Shown: piece by piece, positions 43,043 through 54,895 of the stretch
How the letters are laid out: each line of letters opens with the position of its first letter
How positions within the stretch are numbered: the first letter of the stretch is position 1
Assembly: GCA_964019335.1 (NCBI GenBank)
Contig: OZ025755.1
Location: forward strand, 1 to 64,000
Direction: 5' to 3'
Origin: Diplonema japonicum
Lineage: Eukaryota > Protista > Euglenozoa: Diplonemea
Length of the DNA stretch: 64,000 nt
Position numbers and translations under genes: made by a program
Notes under the pieces: model-generated
The model's database searches: none
Told to the model about the DNA's origin: nothing
What the model saw: only the letters and a program-made list of their open reading frames with translations

Positions 43043-45793
43043 TTAGCAGCAGAGGTGTAGGTATATTTCGGCATCCCTCCCCATCAAAGACCACTCAGAG
43101 GAACCGATTTTCGCCCAAGTGAGATTACCCGCCGCAAGGACTTCCGTCACATAAATGGTGTCCCCGTCAGCAAGATGGCGGCACTCTGTTGCCGTGTAGC
43201 TGGGCTCTTTGAGAACCTAATTTTTTTTTTTTTTTTTTAAATTTCCCCCCCAAAAAAACACTTACCGGGTGAGTACGGCCATCGATGCTCTTGTAGCTGA
43301 AAGCAGTGGGCTCATCAAACTTGCTCGTCTGATGTTCCTCCGTTTGCAGAGGTGTCACCGCCTTAGGGGTCGAAATCTCAGGCACGGACACCGGCGACAG
43401 AACACCATGCTTGCCTTCGCTAACAACGGGGGACTATATAAATAAATAAATAAGGTGAGTGGGGGGGGGAAGGATAACATACTTGCGAGCTACCACCAGG
43501 CGTGAAAGGTGTTGCGTTGACGTTGAGCCTCTTCTGCTGTTGCTGCTGCTGCTGAGGCGGCGGGGGGGGAGCCTGCACCTGAACCACGGGGACCTTTCCG
43601 CTCATCGGCACGTAATTGCTAACAGGCATCTTTGCGGTCTGGTGGTTTGTCTGTGGCTGATGCTGTGCCATGTGGTGGTGGTGGTGGTGGTGGGGCAGGT
43701 TCTGCACAGAAGGGTTGTGCACCACAGGCACTTCATATGCAGCCTGCTTCCCGTACCCGTTCAGCTCCTTCTGCGGCGACTTCGCGTAGGGGTCGTAGCT
43801 CACACCACGGGTGCTCTTTTTTTTTTGTTTTTGTTTTTTTTTGTTTATAGTGTCATACCCCCACTTCCCTGATCCTAGTGGCGTTGCCCCACATGTTCTC
43901 CAGCTCTTCGTCGGTCTAAAAAAAAGTTTTTGAAAAAAAATTGTCGTGTCATACGCAAGTGGTGGCGGCGACTCTGTCCAGGTCGGTCTGCACACCCTCC
44001 ACCTTCTCGCACATCTCCTTCAGCCTCATCACGATCACCCTCAGACCTTTCCACCTCAGTTCCAGCCTCGCCCCACCGACGATGAGCTCTGGGCCCGTGA
44101 CAGACAGACGGAGGGTAAGCTTGTGCACGACGGTGTGCCCCACCTTGTCGCCGTTCCAAACCAGCAGCGAGGTGTCCTTCCCCGTCTGCATCGTGTTGAA
44201 GGTCGTCATGGTGCCATGGCGGTCCGTTACGTTCAAGGGCATCACAGACGCAACGTGGCACAGGGGTGCCTGCGACTGTGATGGAACCTGCGGCGGGGGC
44301 GATGCAGCAGCAGCAGCAGCCGTCTCAGCAAGGATGGGAGAGAGCGGGAGGTGCTGGTTCTGCTGCTGCATCCTAATAACACCCGCTTGGGTCATAAGCT
44401 CGGACAGCTTGTTGCTGGTCACAGGGGGCTGCGCCTGCGGCATCATGTCAAAAAGAGGAGGAAGGCCCACCTCCTCCATCCTACGGTCCTCAACAGAAGC
44501 CTCAGACACGTTAGAAGACAGCGGTGTGAGATCGGGCATGGGTGGCAGCGCCTTGTTCACGGGCACATGGTTCTTCACCGCTTGGTTAGGGTTGTTCATA
44601 ATGTTGAGGTTCATAGGCTTGATGGTCCCAAGGGGTGCACGGCGGGGGGCGGCACCAGACGACATGGGTTGCGTCCTTTGAGCAACGGCAGACCTGGTTT
44701 CATGAAGAAGGGTCGTCCCAGTGTGCCCTAAGATGTGTGCGGAAGAAGGCGATTCCGTGATGGTGGCGAGCTGCCCGCAAACCCTGATCACCCTCTTTGC
44801 TCGTTCCAACGCTTCGACAGAGCAGAACTCGATGATGGCGTGGTCAGCCTCCACACTCCACCGCACGATGTTGCCGCACTGGCGGGTGACGTCGATGAAC
44901 ATGGCAAGCTGCGTGCCGATGATGTCCGCAACAGAGAACCCAACAGGCGAAGCAATCTTCTGAGGAACAGGGGTGAGGGAGGCGGTCCTTCTGGAAGGTG
45001 GGGTGTACAACGAGCTCTTCATGATGCTGGAATGAAACAGGGCACAAAGCCCCTCCGGGGTTGTCGATTTTGCGAGGATTTCGGTATCCTTCAAAGCACT
45101 GACAACGTGCTCAACAGGGATTGTAAGGAAGGAGTGGATCAGCTCCAGGGTGATGAACGAGTGCACATCGTTGACGTCCAGCTCACTGTGCGCGATAACG
45201 CTGTTTAAACAGTCGCGAATTTCATGGGGGATGTACTTAAAGTATTCATTCTCCTCCCTCGGCAGCTGTGGTGTGGGGGTCTTCGCAGGAGAGTCGTACA
45301 CCACCGAAATGGTCTCAATACCGATGTTGGAGAGCAGTTCGAGGTTGTCCCTCTGTGGGGATACAGATGGGCTGCCCTCTTGGTTGCTGCAGTTGATGAT
45401 GATCAAGACTTTCCTATGCTTGTAGAATGCCTTCTTGAAGGAAGTGGCAAGCTGATGCCTTGTGTTTGTCGTCATCACAGTGTTTGTAGTGGGGAGGGTG
45501 AATGTGAACCTGGCTCCCTTGCTGTCCTTGATGACCTCGCAGGATACCTGTGTGGGTGCTGTTACTCCTAAGGCGCGTAGGCCGGACTCGTTAATGTCCC
45601 AGAACTGCTTCAAGGCTACCTCGTTGCTCACATCCAGGTCGTCTCTCTGTGGGGTCCCGGGGCTGCTGACCATCTTTTCCTTCACCACCTTGCACTTTTG
45701 CCCTTGTTCGCTGGCCCAGCCCCAGGACTGCGGCGATCCTGAGTGCATCCTCCCCCTACCCCTGTTCTTCTGGCCAGAGACACCACTTGGCAT
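43043..45793 (-). CDS. Five-exon protein with PAM2 motif and C-terminal SH3b-like domain; introns 43217-43265, 43434-43482, 43816-43858, 43916-43954
   Basis: All four GT-AG introns keep the frame; RLNVNATPFTP; ends ...WAKIGSSEW...YLHLCC*. Confidence 0.8.
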
Positions 45794-45850
45794 TTTTTTC
45801 TTTTTTTTTTTTTCTTTCTCTGTTCCTTTGTTATTGTTTGTTTACTGGTG

Positions 45851-45881
<31 letters not shown>

Positions 45882-46371
45882 AGAAGAAATATTAGAAATT
45901 CAGTATCATTTGAGCACGCGGTACAAATCCTGAGATAAGTACTGCATGCTGCAACTACAGGGGGAGAAAAAAAACTGTCATCGCCATACGCATTTTTTTT
46001 TTTTTCTTTTTTTTTTTTCGGGGCATCGAATGATACCCCTCCCAAGACACATTGAGGAGTCGTGGTGCGGTGGGGGCAAAAATGCTCGGTTTATGTCAGT
46101 GAGGAAAACCTTATCAATCTGCCGCTTTTTCCAATTGGGGGAAAGGTCTTTTTTTATTCTTTTTTTTTTTTCCCCCTTCTTCTATTCCCCTTATTATTTT
46201 TTTCTTTTCACTTTTTCTCAGACTTCGGTTGCATGTAAGCAACACAATGTCACAGCGAAAAGAGGAGGCAAAAGAAAGAAAGAAAAAAAAAAAAAAAAAC
46301 TTATTTTCAAAAAAAAAAAAGAACAAAAGAAAAAAGCTCATATCCGATTTTTTTTGGAGGCAGCACGAAAG

Positions 46372-46403
<32 letters not shown>

Positions 46404-46528
46404 AAAAACAAAGGCGATGTTAAAGGGCAAATCCCTCTTGAGGACCACCCTCTAACATAAAACAAAAGCAATGGTGAGCTTTTGGTAGAAGCTGTCACCT
46501 GTTGAAAGGGGGGAAAAACCCCGTGAGT

Positions 46529-46936
46529 CTAGTAACGAGTAATTTCGTAAGAGCAGATTCCAAGTGCGATGTATCTGGTAAGGCCACCAAGCACACGAAG
46601 TGGGGTGGGGCCGGTGGAACCCTTGGGGGTGGTGGTAACGCCCAAGATGAAGCAAAGCGACCCAAAAAGGCTAAGGCACATGCCAACTATGGAGTTTGCC
46701 CTAAGGGCCCCACCGGCAGCCTTTACAGCAAAGTGAATCCCCACACACAGCGCAATGAACAAGGGCGTGTACTCTGATGTAACGAGCTGAGAAGTGTGCC
46801 ACAACTTAAAGGTGCTGCTGTCCTGCGGCACCTTGGTAACGCGCAGCGAGGTCATCTTCACACCCATTATCAACGCCAGCATGCCATGTGCGCCGGCAAC
46901 AAGAAGCCCAAGGTTCTCAGGTACAGTGACTGACAT
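46529..46936 (-). CDS. MAPEG-like small membrane protein, paralog 1
   Basis: Four hydrophobic segments; WHTSQLVTSEYTPLF. Confidence 0.7.
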   Translation of the reverse strand: MSVTVPENLGLLVAGAHGMLALIMGVKMTSLRVTKVPQDSSTFKLWHTSQLVTSEYTPLFIALCVGIHFAVKAAGGALRANSIVGMCLSLFGSLCFILGVTTTPKGSTGPTPLRVLGGLTRYIALGICSYEITRY

Positions 46937-47421
46937 TTTTTATTTTTATTTTTATTTTTTTTTTTTCCCCCCACCTTTCCGTGAGTTGAATGTGCCATGT
47001 TGTAAATTTAAAAAAAGGAAGAAAAAAAAATTCTCGGAAAGGAAAAAAAAAAAAAATAAAAATAAAAAAAAAAATCACCAATAGATAAAAGGAAGAAGAT
47101 GTCCGCAACTCCGACTTCAACCACAGTGAAGAAACAAAAAAAAAAAAGGCAAAAGCAGCAAAAATATGAGGGTCTTCATATGTTTTCTCTCTTTTTTTTT
47201 TTTCTTGTCGGGAGAGAAAAATTAAAAAAAAGAGAAGAGGTGTGGGAAAAAAAAAAAAAGGGTGGGGGGAAAAAAATTGTGTCAGCGGGTGTTTCTTTCC
47301 CCCCCCATCCCCTTTTTTTTCCCATTTACCCTTCCCTTCCTTCTTTAAAAAAAAGGGGGGGATACGTGGGTGGTTACAAGTTGTTTCTTGCAAAAAAAAA
47401 AAAAAAAAATTCCCGCGATTA

Positions 47422-47841
47422 TCAGTACTGGGTAATTTCGTAGGAGCACATTCCAAGTGCCACGTACCTGAGAACGGCGCCACAGGCACGGAGGAGGGGA
47501 GGGGAGGTCACGGGACCATCACCCATAGTGACTACACCAAGGACGAACATGACCGAGCTGACGAAGCCCAAGGCAATGGCAATCTCGGAGTTGAATCGCA
47601 GGGGGGAGTTGGCCGCCTTCGCTGCAAAATGGATCCCCACGAACAGAGCAATGAACAAAGGGTTGTACTCTGCCTGAACCAGCTGAGCCGTGTGCCACTT
47701 CTTGAAGGCCGGGCTTTCGGTTTTCGCCTTGGCCTTCATCTGAGACACCCTAAGCTGGGTCATCCTGATGCCCAGCAGCAGTGCGAACATACCCTGCGCA
47801 CCTGCGGCAAGAATACCAAAGTTTTCGGGGAAACCAGACAT
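47422..47841 (-). CDS. MAPEG-like small membrane protein, paralog 2
   Basis: Clear paralog of 46529-46936 (WHTAQLVQAEYNPLF ... YEITQY). Confidence 0.7.
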   Translation of the reverse strand: MSGFPENFGILAAGAQGMFALLLGIRMTQLRVSQMKAKAKTESPAFKKWHTAQLVQAEYNPLFIALFVGIHFAAKAANSPLRFNSEIAIALGFVSSVMFVLGVVTMGDGPVTSPPLLRACGAVLRYVALGMCSYEITQY

Positions 47842-48575
47842 TTTTTTTTTTTTGCTTTGTGTGTGCTGTGTGGTTTTTTTTGTAGGTAGTTCGTGCTTCA
47901 TTGCACGCTTAACGCCACCTAGTGTTGCAATCAAAGCCCCATTTTTTTTTTTAAATGAAGGTGGGGGGGAAAAATAGAAAAAAATAAAAATAGAAAATAC
48001 AGGGGACGGGGGGGGGGGGGGGGAGACGGGAAGGGGGGAGTGTTATCTAAATAAAAAAAGGAGGGAAAAAAAGAAACGAATGGTGAAAAAAGAAAAAAAA
48101 AATGAACGGGGAAAAAAAGTGTTTCTTTTTTTTTGAGTGAGAAAAAAAAGGGGGAAAGGGGGGAAACTAGAATGGGGGGGGGGGGGGTAGAGGAGTGGGG
48201 GGGAAAAAAAAAGGAGGGGGAGGCTGAATATATCTAAAATAATTTAATAAAAGAAAGAAAAAAAGAAAAAGGAGGGACACACACACTCTCTCTCTTTCTC
48301 TCCAAAAAAAAAAAGAAAAAAAAAAGAGGGAATTGGCCGTTGTACGTTCGTGTACTGGTAGAAAACCTGGAGGGAAAAAGTTTACATTACTTATTTTTAC
48401 ACGTTGCCAACAATTTTTCCCCGCCTTTTTTTTGTTTTCTTTAGACAAGAAAAAAAAAAAAAAAAACGAAAAAAAGAACCTTGCTATTACAACAGCAGAA
48501 GATAAAAGGAAAATACGAAAAAAAAATCTACGTCCCCCCCCCCCCCCCTTCCCCCCCAATCTAACTCAATCTAAC

Positions 48576-49160
48576 CTAGAACCTTCGAATAGTGCTAGGA
48601 CCCCTCCCACATGATATAGATCTTGGTGTGCCCCTCTCCTCCTGTTGATGTTTCCAAGAAGAAGTCAGAGCTGCTGCCTGCGACTCGCGCTCCGCTTTCA
48701 AGGCCTGTTTCTGAGCTCTGATGTAATCTGTTTCTTGGAGAATTCGTCTCGCATCTGAGGCTTGTTCGATTTTGTTGCGGTGCTCTCTTGCCTCTTTCAC
48801 CTGCCGGGACCTCTCGAGGTTGTAGGTTTCTATCAGTACAGCTCTCTGCCTCGCAGCAAGAATTTTTTTTTGGTCCTCCTCTGCCACGAAGGGGTTGTAG
48901 TACCTCGTAGCGGTTTGCTTTTGAGGGAAGATTTTCTCCGGGGTGGCAGCGACCTCGTCTTCCTCTTCTTCATCATTGAAACCCTCCTCTTCATCCTCTT
49001 CATTCACTTTTTCTACAGGGTCGATATGATGCCTCGTACTCCGTGTTACGGCCCTTGGGCTACCTGGGTAAAGAGAACCCTCCTCAGCAACCTCTACACA
49101 ATCTAATCCATCAGATTTCACCATAATATCCTTGAGGTATTCATCTCTTTCCTGCCGTTC

Positions 49161-49233
<73 letters not shown>

Positions 49234-50198
49234 GGTTGTGTTTGGGCCTCCCGGAGAGCACAGAGTTCCTCGAAGGTAGGCGGTTTTCCCCTCTTTGTTT
49301 GATGTGTTGTGGGGTTAACCACCTTTGGGATCCTGTACTTCGCAGCAGCAATCGAATCAAAGGTACGTCCCTTCACAGAATTCGACGAACAAAAGGGAGC
49401 TAGCTGTTGTTGTTGTTGTTGTTGTTGTTGTTTTACAGGCACAGAAGACGACCTGGTTTGAACGGGTTTTCTTGCAGGGGAGGGTTCTCGTTGTGGTGTC
49501 GCCGACCGTCTTTGCGAGATGGGGATGTACTCCCTTTGGGATAACATGATACGTTTGCCTTGCCAGCCTTTTGAGTACTGTCTGCAACGGTCCAACAGGG
49601 TCGACGAAGACCCCCCCGCAGCGGCAAGCGTGAAGAACGACCTCCGCTCACGCGAACGACGGCGTTCGTTAAAATCACCGAGCTGCTTTTGAAACCCTGG
49701 GGAGAAGCTTGACAACGGCTCCGAATTCCTGTTGAGATGAAGTTTGCAGAAGCCCCATTCTATATCATAACAACAGCCTTGGTACAAACCCTCTCCTAGA
49801 TACGCTATTAGCGATCGGAGTATTTGCCTCATATGGTCAACACCGAGACCCAGCTCCTCTGCAACTACGGTGCAAGGTAAAACGACGATCGGGCAGTGTG
49901 TTGGGGTGTTCGACGTGGACCGTCGGAGCCCGTACTTTTCTTGGAACCTTCTGTCCATTCTGATCACTGGGAGGAGGGTGTGGCTCAGCTTGTCCTCGAC
50001 CAGTTTGAACGTGCACAACTGCCCGTTCCCGCAGCCTACCTGCACGCCTCTCCCTCCCTCCATCATTGTCTGAACGTACTCACACACGGCGTCCCACACC
50101 AATAGGATCTTCTTTCTTTTCTCCGCATCACCGCTTGCCACTCCCATGGCCACATCCTCCATCGTCATGGAGCCCCTTCTACCCCATACCCGCTCCAT
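48576..50198 (-). CDS. CCDC81-like (N-terminal HU-type domains) protein with poly-Gln
   Basis: VWDAVCEYVQTMMEGGRGVQV...F pattern; (CAA)n tract at ~49161-49232. Confidence 0.6.
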
Positions 50199-50273
50199 TC
50201 CTGTGATGATTATAAATGTGTGAAATGATGGGGAGAGGGGGAAATATATATATATATATTTTTAAAAGTTTTT

Positions 50274-50771
50274 TTAAAGCTCAGCTTTCCCGTCATCCAT
50301 GTAGATGTTGTGTCCATCGGGGCCCACCTCTTGTGGGGTCTCGTCGGTGACGCCTTCGCAAGCGCGGTCCAATTCGTTGCAGAGGTATTCTTGTCGGTTG
50401 GTGACTTTACCGGTGTAGGCAAAGCTGTAGAGGTTTTCGATCGTCTCTTCGTGGTTTGCCATGAATGCTTCACAGCCTACACGCATTTTCGGTGGAGGGA
50501 GGTCGAAGGATCTGAGGTTTTTCATGTCGCATAGGGAGTCCATTGCGTCTATTACAACGGCTTCTCGTCTCCCTTTTCCGAAGTTCTTCGCTTTTTCCTT
50601 CGCCTCGTCCATTGTTTTTACAATCGCCTTGCAGCCCGCACAATACAGGTGGTTAGGGGTGCCAAACGGCCTCTCGGTGTCGTTGTTCGTCTTTACCTTC
50701 TTCTTTTTCTTCTTCCCTTCGCATGTTGTAACCAGCATGCACACTACTAACAATGCTGCGATCTTCATCAT
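50274..50771 (-). CDS. ER saposin-like (Canopy/DUF3456-type) protein
   Basis: Signal peptide, six-Cys pattern (CAGC...C...C...C...C), C-terminal KAEL. Confidence 0.8.
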   Translation of the reverse strand: MMKIAALLVVCMLVTTCEGKKKKKKVKTNNDTERPFGTPNHLYCAGCKAIVKTMDEAKEKAKNFGKGRREAVVIDAMDSLCDMKNLRSFDLPPPKMRVGCEAFMANHEETIENLYSFAYTGKVTNRQEYLCNELDRACEGVTDETPQEVGPDGHNIYMDDGKAEL

Positions 50772-51132
50772 TTTTTTTTTTTAATATTTCCCCCTCCTCT
50801 CTTTGCAAAGACGGTTTTGTTGGTTTAGTAGAAATTGCAAGAAAAAAAAAAGAAGGGGTAACAAAAAAAAAATAATAAGGAAGAAGAAAGAAGGACATCA
50901 ACAACAACAACACTTCATGGGTCATGAAGGGGGGGGGGGGGGGGCTCCGTGATCAGTTGGACCACCTTTCTTTATTTCTTCGAATATAATAGTTTGCATC
51001 AACGGGGAACGAAAAAAAAAATGGAGGGGGGGAAGAAAGTACAAACCTCAAAAATAATACTAAATAATGAAAAATGGGGGGGGAGGGGAAAAAAAATGGC
51101 AAGAAAAAAAAAAAGTAAACAAAAAAAAAATC

Positions 51133-52551
51133 TCAAGCTGACAAGAGTTTTGCTAGCAAATCGTCATCCTGTGCCCTGTCCCCGTAAATGTGCCGACAAA
51201 ACATGTAAGATTGCGTCTCGTCAGAAAACACAACAGACGCTGCTGCCCGCCAAGAATCCCTGATGAGAAGCGATAGAACATGTACCTTTATACTCATCCT
51301 GCACAGGGCACCGGGTGTGAGACCTATATACTCCGGAATACACGGCAACGAGGCCGTGCAGTCTGTGTAATCGAAATTTTCAGGAATGGAGTCGGGGAGA
51401 ACCCCGACCATGAACCGCAAGGGTAGGACCTTTTCCTCCAAGGTAGTCTTCACCGGCTCAGCATCCAGATCACCAACTTCATTAAAATCTGATGAGCCGT
51501 GAATATATGAATCCTCAATAGGGATTGAAAACCGACTCTTCCCCTCTATAAGGTATTCGCACACCGATCTCAACGCCGTCGATTTCATGAGAGAGTGAAC
51601 GGAGTCTAGAATCCACCCGAGAATCTCGCCTCCTTGTTGTTTAACGGTCCAGTCGTGGAGAATGTCTTCACAGAAATCTAATATCTGCTTGACTTCCGGC
51701 GTGGTAATGGAATCTACGTCAACATAGCATTTGTTGTAGATAAGCATCGCCACGAGCGTGTCGAACAGCTTCCCGTACCGACCCGAATTTCTCTGCCGCA
51801 GCGCGAACAAATCTCTTATTTTAATCAGCTCGGCGCACCCGCTCTGGGTTGTCAAAACGCAAAGCAACATCAGCGAGCTGCACGACACCTTTTGTTCTTC
51901 TCTCAGCATATCATCTACAAGACACTTCACGATTTTTGGCGAGTCGATTTTTGCGAGTATGGTGCTGTTCCGCATGAGGTGGAGGAGGATGAACTCCGAC
52001 GCCCCCGGTATCATATTTGAAACAAGCGTGTTGAAAACACCCGGGAAACGGGAGAGATGTTTGATCTGATCGCCTAAAAAATTCCGGTGCGGGTCGTTGG
52101 AAACATGCTCTTTAATGGAATACAGGGTAGCCAACGCAGGGCTGATTCGAAACTGGTTTGAGGACACGATGGGTGGTGTTGCAAACATGATTTCCTTAAC
52201 GCAATACAGAATCTTTTTGATGTTGTCGCGGGATCGGGAGTTGGATAGGTTCAGCGCGTACCCGGCAAACACCACGGTGTACATCTCTCCCATTAACTCT
52301 TCTGCGCTGTCGTAGTCCTTGTCCAGCTGGTCAATTACCATCTCGAAGAGCATTCCTGCGGGGCCCGCCACTTTCTCCGCCCAGCCCGTTCCGTAGTACC
52401 CGGCAGCTGCGGCTTGTATGAAATACGTTTTCGCCACGTTGACCTTCTCCGCCCACACCGTGCTCCCGCTTCCCCGCTCCCCTATTTCCCCGCACGGGAA
52501 CCGTCCCAGAGCAAAGTTCCGCTGGACTTCATCCTGGTGCAAGGGGTCCAT
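51133..52551 (-). CDS. Hypothetical helical protein (472 aa)
   Basis: Long ORF with A-tract before ATG. Confidence 0.8.
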   Translation of the reverse strand: MDPLHQDEVQRNFALGRFPCGEIGERGSGSTVWAEKVNVAKTYFIQAAAAGYYGTGWAEKVAGPAGMLFEMVIDQLDKDYDSAEELMGEMYTVVFAGYALNLSNSRSRDNIKKILYCVKEIMFATPPIVSSNQFRISPALATLYSIKEHVSNDPHRNFLGDQIKHLSRFPGVFNTLVSNMIPGASEFILLHLMRNSTILAKIDSPKIVKCLVDDMLREEQKVSCSSLMLLCVLTTQSGCAELIKIRDLFALRQRNSGRYGKLFDTLVAMLIYNKCYVDVDSITTPEVKQILDFCEDILHDWTVKQQGGEILGWILDSVHSLMKSTALRSVCEYLIEGKSRFSIPIEDSYIHGSSDFNEVGDLDAEPVKTTLEEKVLPLRFMVGVLPDSIPENFDYTDCTASLPCIPEYIGLTPGALCRMSIKVHVLSLLIRDSWRAAASVVFSDETQSYMFCRHIYGDRAQDDDLLAKLLSA

Positions 52552-52927
52552 TTTTTTTTTTTTGCCTTTCCCTTCTCTCTCCCTTTTTTTTTTTTATTTG
52601 AATAGAATTTTTTTTTTTTTCAAAGGTAAGAGTTTAAAAAAAAAAAAAAGAAGAAGAAAGGGGGGAACGGGGACAATGGGATGGGAAAGTAAAAAAAAAA
52701 AAAATAATAATAATAAAAAAAAAGAGTGTGTCGCATTTCTCTTTTTTTTTTGTTCTCATAAGAAACTTGAGCAATACTTGTTTAAAAAAAAAAAAACAAC
52801 AACAACAAAAAAAAAAAAAACGGGCTTCAGTTTTTTTTTTTTTCCTCTTTTTTTTTTTCTTTTTCTTTTAATAAGGGTGTGGGGAAAGAGAACGGGGGGG
52901 GGGAAAAAAAATGTAATGTTACCCACC

Positions 52928-53737
52928 TCACAGCTCTTCGCTCTTCGCACCGGTCTTCCTATAAATCCCGGATTTCTTACCCTTCTTCTTGATCCCCTCC
53001 TTGGCAATGGAAGCCAGGACGTCCGTCTGAAGGGTTTTGAGGTCAGGGGTGCTCCCGGACACAACGGGAATCCCAGACGTGCTCGATCCAGAGAATAGAC
53101 GCACACTTGGGATACCTTCCTCCATCACACCAATTTCAGTGGCAAGGGTCATAACCCACGAGTCGTCAATGCTAAGGGTGGCTGTTTTAACGGGTGGGGA
53201 GGAGGAGGAGTAGGCAGTCCAGGTGGGGGAGAACTCCTTGCAAGACCCGCACATCTTGCTGTAGAATTCTACAGCGAAAACCTCCTTGGATTCGATTACC
53301 TCCTTGGTGAATTGTTCCAGCGAAGAAATTTCAACAGGCTTGGTTTTTTTCGACTTCTTTTTTTTCCTCTCGGTTTTTTTCACACCCCCTGCACCGTCTC
53401 TCTCCACCACCTTGATCAAGTGGTGACCGAATTGTGTCTTCACTGGTCCGTAAACCTCGCCTACAATAGTTTCTTCAGAAAACACAACTTCGTCGAATTC
53501 CTTGACCATGGAACCTCTTCCGAATTTTCCCAGGTCGCCTCCTTTTTTCCCGCTGGGGCAGGTGCTGTGTTTTTCAGCCATCTTGCCGAAGTCTGCCCCT
53601 TCTTGAATCTCCTTCTGCACTTTCTTCAGTTCTTCTTCGTCCTTCATCAAAATGTGGACCGCCTGTGCCTTCACGTCCCCAGCCGCTGCCCCGCAGAACA
53701 TGCCCACAACACACAGCACGATTGTGGGAAACCTCAT
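52928..53737 (-). CDS. ER parvulin (PpiC-type PPIase)-thioredoxin fusion
   Basis: Signal peptide; HILMK...HSTCPSGKKGGDLGKFGRGSMVKEFD...KTQFGHHLI; VEFYSKMCGSCK; C-terminal SEEL. Confidence 0.9.
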   Translation of the reverse strand: MRFPTIVLCVVGMFCGAAAGDVKAQAVHILMKDEEELKKVQKEIQEGADFGKMAEKHSTCPSGKKGGDLGKFGRGSMVKEFDEVVFSEETIVGEVYGPVKTQFGHHLIKVVERDGAGGVKKTERKKKKSKKTKPVEISSLEQFTKEVIESKEVFAVEFYSKMCGSCKEFSPTWTAYSSSSPPVKTATLSIDDSWVMTLATEIGVMEEGIPSVRLFSGSSTSGIPVVSGSTPDLKTLQTDVLASIAKEGIKKKGKKSGIYRKTGAKSEEL

Positions 53738-54117
53738 TTTTTTTTTTTTTTTTTTTTTTTCCCTTTTTTTTTTTCTCTTCCAGTGTTGAGTTTTTAGTAC
53801 ACGGGTGAGCATTGGAAGGCGAAGCAAAAAAAAAAAAAAAAAAGATTTTTTTCTGGTAACAGAGGAAAAACATTGCTGGAAAGAGGGAGGGGGGGGAATA
53901 GAAAATAAAAAGGGGGTTTTTTTTTTGTATGCGTGAGTTTCTTTCTTCATTCCCTCCCCTTCTCGTCGACTTTTTGTTTTTTTTTTCGAAAACCACGCAA
54001 AAGAAAGAAAGAAAAACTCTTGTTTACTCGCGAGAAAGAAGAAGAAAAAAAAACAACAACACTTTGTACTGCACAGAAAGAAAACAAACAAAGAATGAAC
54101 AAGGGAGGGCGAGGGGG

Positions 54118-54169
<52 letters not shown>

Positions 54170-54895
54170 ATAAAAAAGTAACATAAGAAATATACAGTAA
54201 ACCTTTTACCATATTGCGGCTTTTTTTTTGCCTGCATCCCCCCCCCCGTTATTTCTCATTCAGCATCTCGACATTAACACCCCCCAGGTCCCAGGGAGAG
54301 TTTTCAAAAATGAATACCACTTCTCTTAAAGACGCTGTGCCTATCCAATGGTGGGGGAATGGCGGCAGCCAGGCTCAGTCAGGTGTCCTAAGGCAAGCTC
54401 GGGGGGGTACAATTCCATTTATAGTAAGACTTGAGAACTCAAAAAAAAAAAAACTCTTTTTTTTTTTTATTATTGTTGAACGGTATCATCCAGGTGTTTT
54501 ACTTGACCAAAAAAACCTGGAATGCGTCGTCGGGGTGAAAAAAAAAAATGGAAGTCAGAAGAACGAAAAACAAAAAAAAAAGGAAGCAAAAGGAGGCAAG
54601 CAACAGAAATGGAAGAAGAAAAAAAAAATCTCACTGAAAAAAAAGGGGGGGAGGGGTCAATGCGCAGTATAATATAAATGCTATTTCACTTGAAAATCGA
54701 CTTCTTTTTCTTTTTTCTTTTTTTTTTTTATTACCTCAGTTCATATTTTACACTTCTTTTCCATTTTTTTCCCCCGGAAAAAAAAAAAAAAAGAGAAAAG
54801 ATGAGATAAAGGAGGTTTCTGTTGAAACGTCCCCCCTTTCTCTACTCTTCTACCCCCCCCCCCCCCCCCCCGCCCCCTTTTCTTTTTTTTTCATC

